A DNA stretch of 64,000 bases from a virus. Shown here one piece after another: positions 46,801 to 54,500 of the stretch (position 1 is its first letter; every line of letters begins with the position of its first letter). The position numbers and the translations under genes were made by a program. Location of the stretch: IMG/VR virus record IMGVR_UViG_3300026097_001055, positions 32,001 through 96,000 of that record; one strand, given 5' to 3'. The notes beneath the pieces are model-generated. The model searched no databases. It was not told the DNA's origin and saw only the letters and a list, made by a program, of their open reading frames with translations.

Positions 46801-48516
46801 ATGTTTGGTGATATTGAAAGATTTGCACCTGCTTTTAAGAAAGACTTTCTTACAGCTATGTTTATAGGTGAATTAAAGCAACTTGACTTTTTACAGAAGA
46901 AAGAGTATAAAGGGATACCTATATCAAATACAGATACTGTTGATTTAGTAGCTGTAAGTAAAGATGAAAACGGAAATGTTAGTATAAACATTAATGAAGA
47001 AAATCTAAAAACTATATTTAATAAAAAACTTTACACCTATCAAAAAAGTAATACTAGTGAGTTAGCAGGTTTAACTTTTCAAAAACAAAAATTGGCTACA
47101 TTACATGCTAATACTTTTTCAGCAAAATTTGGATCAAGCTTTGAAGAGTTTGTAAAGTTTAACATAGAACGTGAGTTAATTAAATTAAATACACCTGTTA
47201 AAGAGTATGCAAAAACTGAAAATTACAAAATTAGAAATGCTAAAATAAGAAGCAAAAGAGCTAAAAGAACAGGAGAATCAAATGCAGCTTATAACACACG
47301 TTTACAAGTAATTACATATAGAGAATATTTAAGAGACACGGCTCTTAACAATATACATAACTTATATGCTATGTTTGGAAGTAAAAGTACAGCTGTGTCT
47401 ACAAGACTTTATAATCTTCAGCAAAAATACCCTAGTTTAGCAAAATCATTTAATTTGTTTGGTGATCTAATACCTGATGTAAGTAAGCCATCAAGAGCTA
47501 CTAGAAATCCTCAGAATTATTATAACATTAAACTTAAAGATAACCGTGTAGAAAAAACTATGTTCTCAGTATATGCTGCTAACATCTTAGACTTAATGAA
47601 CCCTGAAACAATTCCTACTATAAAAGGTGAGTTAACAACAGCTGAACAAAAACAAGAAATAGCTGACTTCTTTAAAGACATTGCTACAATAGCTGTATTA
47701 CAATCAGGATATGATACTAGTAATCCACTATCTTTAATAAAAGCTGTTCCTGAAGAAGCCATTATAAAATTAGTTCAACAAGGTTTAAATAAGCATTTTA
47801 ATACTTTAAATCTGAATAACTTTTTAAATGATTTTATTCAGCAAAACTCTAAAGATGCTAGAAATTCTAGAAGAAGAATGAAAGCATACATACCTTTAGA
47901 TGTAGCAACAGAAAAATCTACAAAGACAAAAAGCTTAACAGAAACTTTAAAAGCTGCAATAAATAAAATTTACCCTGGTTGGATAAATAATAAAAATAAT
48001 GAACTTTCTTTAGTTTCTGAATTTAAAGCGCTTCAGCTATTATCTCAAGAGGAATCCTCAATGAAAGATAGAATTAGTTCTGGAAAAGAAGCTAAAAAAT
48101 TAATTAGTGAAATTAAAAAAGGTAAAAATCCTTTTACAAAAGATACTAATGCTAAAGAAGTCCTGCCTAATTTATTTTACAATTACATTTCAGGAGAGTT
48201 AGCTAAAGATGGCATATCTGAAAAAGATATGTTTTTGAATTTATTTAATACTACACGAACACCTACTCAATCATCTACTAGTGTTAAAAAAGGAATTCCA
48301 TTAAATTATGAGGGTGTTATTGAGGAAGAAGAATTAGATACTCCAGGTGAAACTATTAAAGATCCTATAACAGAGCTTAAAGAAATATTTAGTAATTTAG
48401 ATGCCGCTACTAAAAAGAAATTAGGAGGGGTTACTAAAATAGTTAAGAACTATAAAGCTTTACCATTTGAGATGACTCCACAAGATTATATAGAACAAGA
48501 AATTAATAAGTGTTAA
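37879..48516 (+). CDS. Virion-packaged DNA-dependent RNA polymerase (crAss-like two-barrel RNAP) with zincin domain
   Basis: 3545 aa; RIPVQGHNSM and GSDFDIDK catalytic loop (DFDID at 45061-45075) as in phi14:2 gp66-type enzymes; ADAQGY; HEAWH at 40594-40608 with downstream EELIAE. Confidence 0.92.
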   Translation: MKCSLNVEAQLGFTKIFSSGLLNIAKDPAKLEDFSLETYVNYLVNALESKGKDREVILNYVSIIPSIVGQLIPLTQFKPLRPGLRATESAELLDLISDAQGIEELNEIFFEKPSKDQLKKDLKTNRDNKRVDQANADEEVNENPPSDPESEKEMAAEITLNAVPDSVLASTQQVIDEDGNIKPEYVFYNTFLADLSDMLAGDTSAETLAKMSFTDTEGKTVKGITVRMAFLSQVVTNINKRKQNGIDTNPETSRVMPVVIFTNKKGEPIYFKKEDNGMYTVYTEEEAREENDALPVYFAVRAIEKKKGRWVSKTKIQTPLDILQTSKGGKRALEKYKEEDPDGYNADLERIDMQQQQEFLMLHLAKEKLKSTKLSKVRNLLNNHFKGGTYFLQGTLTKRGTGKSRNFNVTDAKAAPELKADDVKNMKVFINDNLQEIIDEQKLAGFKVMERKGVYITQMKKKPKLKTKDGSEFNDVYEIQLKFKKTVNGKIKYTTKTIGVLQATEFNTANTSSIEFAGISKGYIAVERTAETRTSSIKWESSDVPFNPALGGAKVRSTGINPGEIYIPAGNTNIPLQMDSISNEDINTINSLLFDKDLKTQASVKSRVKELSNEDRFKALATILTLGDRNEEGAQSHISGIQYYPKTGKVIVDGVTIKLDDPASVKRGKELVKSLLTETVTTKAGKDSGYTRIKYKISNTVLKTGGNIETYSIENGILKRVNVNVLDFIKDNSIIRVVPLNNEIKYVNGYVRFSLSETAVAEKEGMPTEAEEEVIEKVTPKKPVARRKTTPVKKDIKVTPPKFSETKPVDLTDRGNVGEQRTLDDDLPTIDDLLNKAKNSPELLDSDPVSDAQAKAWLEGPGKALFNNTGISFNRAFDVVNSNAFGTFRDGVISLWKGSDYTVAYHEAWHAFSQHFVTVGDKIKLYNYVAKTDSGKKALAEYAKEKQIDVDSLTDIQKYFAVEELIAEDFRIYMMSGGSKIIKGAPERNTIFRRILNFLKNLFVGKDGNQMLTEMYNNLRKGELNTYLPSQSNRIFGKTLNKFKPVPGNTHEFTPQDLIHANETIGGYLSEVISDKTIEKGASIFSLLVLDPSTNLPKIYKNVQQKLEAKLLELQAEEELTSNEENAIKLISAILDNWGNSKIGMVANHLESIKYLDITKVDFDEDAFRITEEDQETMRFDAAGNDLSSVDVASKGVKLMLSLIPNRDNEGDVFRNELGAVELVPFARVWSVVKDKVIGKNSPEEMIDALKELRFSFPWVIDIINTLQPVENINNSSNLQQLLYLRNSFFHSFNLAERDLHQVNINEEKTIVIDEEGGKTVNKSHTIRTGVVSGVSKYAITEFRSMFASAGPSEFILSTTEGNALNVTAVLDRWTKAPNTPEEKLAFLRHLGLVMVDVPAVREAIKNIEVGFLWSSLDEYNKNYVIGGEANANFIMDPLTLLTLGKKEIYKIQGSTKTMPKVTVTSQSSTINALAEMHVKYSGNYANVALTTADGKQKYNTTLMSSLDVMVKELNNVESYAELVNLPHMSHLKMDKFFMASANPILKSLFEYDEIAGTFGKRRKGIVFTVDDLTGVQTVVNELYADFSRSVVTAKMDRFTRIQSDIYSGLMQGKFSTTTHSDKSTALTYYLNSIEGSSPKAKHLYVNPTGFRINDNTAGIEEAFALLEPYINGELERINKVKAFTNGEIELDRIPGVTIPNSKGKMTGDKFKFISGIFTNSTLEDLSQYNDMSEVPDELAQTMIEEYSMYVDTKVDEIKDMLDGTLFVDANMIDLLNSMGEGLEGVNPKQKREAAEHAVLYGYVTNYFFHQAATVSLLYGDLTEYNMAKHDFNKRNAAVAATGIRMFRTDSEALTWVNAEYKSTSDKLSYAQKQGVADYRIGEVLRTAVIKDLLKDSVSMGSPEMKKQLIAKYKERGLNQTQAIEAADKLINYYKGMEVADAQGYISFDHYRKLRMLSDRWSPSLDAIYYKTINAPETVTEEEMLQAFPPLKYQYDGPLATKSYNAHAFHKYSLVPLIPTVIEGTDLEVLHNTMIEQGLTYTTHKTGSKISDVVGETNELDDWHGYLSTPVDDRPASFNFTPNGVYLKYLKNQLDINTVKKGKVIFSTQMRKLIIDGMYNIGEPINELSREKVDNYEKSLELFMGMRLLDLQLELGMDPENPNSKPDNEKLLKLIIDELDAQDIAEHNLDYIKLDSQGNFTYDFSIGLNSLQIEHSLLAIVNNRLVRQKVLGEPLVQMSNAMMSKRKATADELETYGDSDLKFYQPNYFEDGRTLGAESKISIGQGNFKQLFNLIDYRDGQKVGVVEKVEKDLETGKERVIYNEKKSLERLNDLIQDETWRKQEGNIELISLAGVRIPVQGHNSMVNFIVKEFLPTSAGSIIIPPFEIVAQSGSDFDIDKLSILMPHITRQGNSVKALRADLSITKASDIIAKRAAIKTKLVTAKKSLQEKRSAFDIAAKKAFKAKLTAEQFQELNLIKNEYRDLIKEQTDLLKDATEETIELIEEKILELNTAQSEAIKAFGRSINEARVVEFETNSNEAKEVNKVLETINSYKYDLATLNTKAFENEMLFSITDILALPQTFLSLITPNSTDMFTGPGSLVEELKKFRDYKSEKTVHEKDPYNDLQKTTPATNILEPAYNMSIHEQNSVGKDVLGTAAVANTFNTLFARMGFTIPKSYEVFTPKGSYTREVEIFLKANEVTIEGEERISLASLYNQKGVKIADIINQIINGYVDVAKDAWIFDVQGNKQLAPVLLFLVQSGVPVEQAVYFLSNPAVKEYARLVKKYSSPFTQIKSEDDTTANERAKTEILKEFGVKKTANAAIFGLAKKKRNELKERGITEFKETYLKKLTSTEVYDRQNFNIFLHFLELQDHSKHVTSIVTNFNNDTTRQTELYGLQQKETEQRAVLSENPFFSETEYAKLLQSPIGSFFQVNNFQNQLWSDLFNFSADTDINDIISDFLADYEQRQTAISMFGDIERFAPAFKKDFLTAMFIGELKQLDFLQKKEYKGIPISNTDTVDLVAVSKDENGNVSININEENLKTIFNKKLYTYQKSNTSELAGLTFQKQKLATLHANTFSAKFGSSFEEFVKFNIERELIKLNTPVKEYAKTENYKIRNAKIRSKRAKRTGESNAAYNTRLQVITYREYLRDTALNNIHNLYAMFGSKSTAVSTRLYNLQQKYPSLAKSFNLFGDLIPDVSKPSRATRNPQNYYNIKLKDNRVEKTMFSVYAANILDLMNPETIPTIKGELTTAEQKQEIADFFKDIATIAVLQSGYDTSNPLSLIKAVPEEAIIKLVQQGLNKHFNTLNLNNFLNDFIQQNSKDARNSRRRMKAYIPLDVATEKSTKTKSLTETLKAAINKIYPGWINNKNNELSLVSEFKALQLLSQEESSMKDRISSGKEAKKLISEIKKGKNPFTKDTNAKEVLPNLFYNYISGELAKDGISEKDMFLNLFNTTRTPTQSSTSVKKGIPLNYEGVIEEEELDTPGETIKDPITELKEIFSNLDAATKKKLGGVTKIVKNYKALPFEMTPQDYIEQEINKC

Positions 48517-48518
48517 TT

Positions 48519-51500
48519 ATGAGTGAACGTTGTATTTTAAAAAGTAATCCTCAGTACCAAAATATAGTAAAGATTTTTGGTGATAATGTAGCTTCAACTT
48601 TAGTAATTGAGTTTAATAAAAATATTGCAAGTACAGAAATGTTTTATCCAAAAGTAAAAACATTAACTAATTGGATATCAAAAAACAAAACTGAACAAAT
48701 AGCTAGAGTTAAAGATTTGCTTATAGCTGAACCAGGCATGACTGAAAAGGCTATATTTAATTTACTTTCAGGAGTTATAACTAAATTTGAAAATAGTTAT
48801 ATGGTTACTAGAGGTAACCTTTTTGGAGGAGGTCTTGTCAACAAAGCTTATAATGAAAAATATACTTATGGTGCTAACATAAGATTAATGAGAAAACTTG
48901 CTGAAGAATTCCCTCAGCATTTTGAAATTATAGATGGTGCTAAAAATAGCTTTACACATATTGTAAAGATTAATCCTATAAAACCAGATGTAAGTGGTGT
49001 CTCACAGCAATCAATTGGACCAGATGGGCAAACTAAATTGTTTGATTATAACGTAGATCCTACAACAAAAGGAGCTCAAACAAAAACTAGTCAAAGACTA
49101 CAAAATTTATTTGAAAACAAACCAAAAGTTGCCGCAGTTGATATTGTAGACAAAATAAAAAAAAATAATCCAGAACTAAGACATCTTATAAATAAACTAG
49201 AAGGTTTAATTCCTGCTGGAACAGAAATAATACTAGAGGATTCAACAGGTTACACTACTCCTTTTGGTACAGCTAATGCTAAATATAATAAAGTAACTCA
49301 AGAGATATCTATTGCTAAAAATGCTTTGTTTGCTCAAAGCCCTGAAGCTGTAATACTTCATGAACTTATTCATAGAATAACTTCTGAGCAATTAATATTG
49401 GATACTAAAGCAACTCTAAAGTTTGATGAGCTATTAACTCAAGTAAGAGAAAAGATAGGAACAAATAGATTTGATTATGCTCTACAGAACAAAGATGAGT
49501 TTCTAGTAGCCGTATTAATGGATAAAGAATTTGGTGCAGCATTGTCTAAGTTAGAAGGTGTAGATAAAAAAATAAGCTTATTTGAAGAAATTATAAACTT
49601 TATACTCAGGGTCATAAACATTGAAAAAACAGATAATGCTTATGACCAAGCTGTAAGTTTAGTAAATAGTATCCTAGAAACCATTAATCCTGTTGTGTCT
49701 AATCAACCTGTAAGTGGTATAAAACAAGGAGTGTCAGAACTATTTGAATCTAATCCTGAATTAGCTAATGAAGTATATTCAGCTTTAGGGTTTGATAGTG
49801 TTACTATTCCAAAATATAATATTAATAAAAAATTAAGCAATAAAGATGGAACTAAAAGACTAGCGCAAACTAACGGACTAAACATTACACTTAATCCTGT
49901 TACATCTATACAAGAATTTTTTGATTATTTTACAGGAAAAGAAGGTGGAATATCTTCTCAACAAAAAAATAAAGTATTAGATGTTTTAAAAACAAAAGGA
50001 TATTCTTTAGATAAAATAAAAAAGATACTTGACACAAAACTAAAAATAAATACTTTTTTAGTTTTGCACGAACAAGACCACATTGTTAATAATGATAAAG
50101 ATGTATATTGGAAATCAGGTAAAGATTTATTAACTTCTGATAAAATTAATATAGAAGCTAGAGCTACAATAAATGCTTTAAAGCAACTAGAAACTCAAAT
50201 AACCCCACAACAAAAACAAAAAGCTCAACAACTATACTCTCAATATCTTGATACTATATTTCCTGATAGTAAAGTAAAGGATATTGTTTATCATGGTACA
50301 GGTTCTTCAGAAACTATTGAAAACTTTAACAGAAGAACTTATTTTAGTATTTTAGAAACAGCTTCGGAATATGCTTCTTGGGATGCTAAAAATAGATTAG
50401 AGTATGCTGCTTCTCAAGATCCTAGTTTAACAAAAGATTGGAAATTTAAAGCTAACGTTATCCCAGCTATAATCAATCTTAAGGATCCTAAAATGTTAAA
50501 CAAGAGACCTTATAAAGAAACAGAAAAAAATTATCCTGGACATGATGGAATATACTCAGAAAATACTGTAAATCCTTTACAGGGTTCAGAATTACAAATA
50601 GTTGTTTTTGACCCTAAGAATACTTATATTTTAGGTTCTAAACAAGATATACAAGGATTTAAAGAGTTTGTTGGTACTGAAACTACACCGTCTTTAACAG
50701 AAGAAATAATAGATAATCCTGAAACTATATTTGTAGTAGAAGCTGATCAAGCAGGTAATGTATATACTGAAGAAACAGGGGTTACTAAACTAGAAGCTTA
50801 TCCTAATGTGGTAACTATTATAACAGCTAAGAATTTTAATAGTACAGAAAGTTTAACGGCTGCAGAACAAGACAGTTTAAAAGAAGATTTAGAAAACTCC
50901 TTAGACCTTTTAGAGCAAATAGTTACTGATGATACTGATGTAAAATTTGTAAGCAAGAATATGGGCCAAGGATTAGATGCTATAAACAGCAACTTCAAAG
51001 ATTACCTTAAAGCCCGTCTAGAAAATGAACATGGTGTTAAGTCTAAAGAATCTTCTGTAGATCAAGTTAATCAAATAGAAGAAGAAGATACTATAATTGC
51101 AGATCCTAAAGAAACCGAAAATAAACAAGAGACATTAGAAGAAAAACTTAATCCTAAAAAACAAGAAACTAGAAGATCTACAGCTTTTCTAATGGATGCT
51201 GTAAAAATGTTAATGGATAACTTAGGAATGCCTGAAAGCAGCGTACAGTTCATATCAGCAAATGAGGCAATGTCTATTACCAGAAATGCTAAAAACTCTT
51301 ATAATGGACAACCTGCGTTCTTCTACAATGGTGTTGTATACTTTGTAGATGGTCAGATTGATTTTAAAACAGCATTGCACGAGGTTTCTCACCCTTTTGT
51401 AAAAAGTATACGTTATCAAAATGAAACATTGTTTAACGAGCTTTATGACACTGTAGCAACATCTGAGTTAGGTAAACAAGTTATTGCTCAAGCTTTAGCT

Positions 51501-54500
51501 GACTATAATGCAAACTTAAATACAGCAGCTGATAGAAAAGAAGAAATTAATGATGATGTTAGAGAAGAAGTTATAGTAAGATTCTTAACAGAAGCTCTGG
51601 AACAAATTGTTTCAGAAGAAGGTTTGCAAACAACAGGTTCAGTAAAAGAACAAACACTTATTCAAAAGATCATTCAGAAAATAATGTTTGCTCTTAAAAA
51701 AATGTTTAGACAGGTGTTTGGTAGAACTTTAAAAATAGAAAAGCTTAAACCTACAACCAGTATAGAAGAACTTGCTAATTTATTAGTGTCTGAAAAGTTT
51801 CAAGTAAACATGGATATAGTTTCACAAACAGATGTAGTAGATTATATAAACAATGTAAATAAGATTAATGAGCAATTAAGAGATACAATAATCAACACTA
51901 AAGATAAAGGTAAGATTGCATTACTTACAGCTATAGGAGATACTGCTCAAATGTATAAAAGTTTATTAAATACTCTAAAAGAAAATGATGATATTGAAGG
52001 GTTAAAAATGGTATTAGAGGAAAATTATGATGGACAAACACGTATCACAGATTTACAAAAAGCAGCTAGAGAAATTAATGTAGATAAATTAACTGTATTA
52101 ACTAAACTAGCTGAGGAAGAAAATGCAATAACTGAAGTTACAAGAGTTGGTCAAAATATAGTAACTATACTAGCCGGTCAAGAAATTGCTTTAGATAACA
52201 TCAAAGTAAGATTAAATTATCTAAAAAATCAAAAAATAACTGATGATAAAAAATTAATCACGGAACTTAATACTTATAGAAATCATGTAAAACATGTACA
52301 AGAATTTGTAGATAATTTTGTTAAAATTGCTGATGAAATAGGCATAGAAGAAAATGATGAGATCCGAATAGAAATGGGTACTCTTTTCCTAAAAACTAAA
52401 AATAGATTAAAGGATATTAATAACATACATGAAGACATTGTACTTCCTGTTTTAAAAGATACTTGGGATATGTTTATGGGAGGTACCATAGCTGAACTTA
52501 AAGAGCAAAAGAAAAAGCTTGAAAAACTTCTTAAAACAGATGGTGCTTATAAAGCAGGAGTAGAAAGAAGCTTAAAAAATGTTAATGCTAGATTGGAAAA
52601 AACTGATATTGGTTTAGATGCTTTTAAAGAATATGCTTATGGTAAACGAGGTGATATAAATCCTATTTCATCATGGATGGAAAGTTATATAGCTCAACAA
52701 GATCCTACAATATCTAGTTTTGCTGCATATGTAAAAATGGAATTGTCAGAAGCTCAAAATGCTGAGTATGCTAGATTTAATACCTTACGTAACAAACTAG
52801 ATAAATTAGAAAAACAATTAGGTTTAAATCCATCTGATATAAATGCATATGCTAATGAATTTTTAACTGAAGATACTGTTAAAGTAAAAAATGATCAAGA
52901 TGAACTTGTAGACTTTGAAGTATATGCTATTCTTAATCCTTTTAAGAATACGGAAAATACTATGAGAGCAATGTATTCACGTATTCAAGACATAAGAGAT
53001 GCTGCTGAAAACCAAACACCCGGTGCTTTAAAAGAATTAGAAGAGCTAGAAGCTAAACTAAAATTACATAAAGCTCTTTTCTGGAATAATGAAATGGTAG
53101 ATGAGTATTATTTTACAGACATGCTTTTGTTAAATGCAGAAGGTGTGAATGGAGCTGCCTTATTAGAGCTTATATCAGAAAAACAAAAAGAAATTAGACA
53201 TTTACATTCTCAAAGAAATTTTGCAGAAGATGAACTTGAGGTTAAAAAACTTTATGATGAAATCAAGCAGAAAAGATATGAAATTAGAGAATTCTATTCT
53301 GATTACAATAATGGTGTAAAAAAAGATGAGCAAGGTTTAAAAGATGCTAAAGCTTTAAGAGAATGGAGAGAATCTAAAAATAAATACTATGAGCTCAAAC
53401 TTAAAAAAAATGATTTTGAAAAAGCCTTATTTGGATTTGAGCAAATTACTATAGCTAAGCTACAAGCTGAAGGTTATACTCAAGATGAAATTACTGACGA
53501 GCTTGCTGATGCTAGAGAACAATGGATAAAAGAAAACACCAGAGTAGTAATTAATCAAGATTTTTATGATACTAAATCAAATATCCTTACTGAGCTTAAT
53601 GCAGTTAATGAAGAAATAGAAGAGTTCTTACAGAAAGATAAAACCTTATCAGATGTAGCATCATCTACAGTATTATATAATGGTAAGCTATATCAAGTTA
53701 CTTATTCAGAAGGTGTGTACACACTATCTAAAGAAAATGAACAAGATATAGAAATAGAAGCAGAAGCTGATACATTATTATCAGTACTAAACATGAAGAT
53801 ACCTACAAAAAAAGCTTTTGATACTCAACGTGAATATATATTCCAATCTTTAATGGGTAAAAAAGATGAAAATGGAGAGTACAGAGTCACTGAATTATCT
53901 GAAGAGCACATAGCTCTTATTAAAAAGATGCAAGAAGAGATTGAAGCAAATAAAAATCTTTTAGTTAATAACTCAGGTCTTAGCCAGAGTGAATCAAGAG
54001 AGCTACAAGATTTTTTTGAAAAAAGAAAATTAGCTCAAAAACTTACTACAAAAGAAAATAATAGATTCAAAAGTCTCTTAGCTAAAAAGAATGACTTTAA
54101 AATACCAACAACTCTAAAAAATAAGCTTAGCATTTACACTAAAATGTTAGCTGAATTGCAGTCTAAAGAAGCTACTAGTTATTATTTAGATACTGTAAAT
54201 GACACATTTTATGACTTGCTTAACTTACATGATTTGTTAGATGGTCAAGACTTTGACTTAACTGTAGCTGAAACAATACTTTCTATACCTGTTGCTGAAG
54301 CTCTTATGGAATCAGATCCTAAGTTTAAAGAATGGTTTGAAAAAAATCATTTTATAGCAGAAGTATACATAGATGAAGAAACCGGTTATGAACAAAGATA
54401 TCAACGTATAGAACCTTGGAATAAGATTGTTCCTAATGATCCGTCATACTATGAAAGTTTTGAACTAACTAATCCAGATGGTAGTACACAAACTATACAA

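Noticed and set aside
50700-51030. Possible degenerate macro-like/nucleotide-processing domain (NPETIFVVEAD...NVVTIITAK)
   Set aside because: Only faint resemblance, with expected catalytic residues missing; needs a profile search
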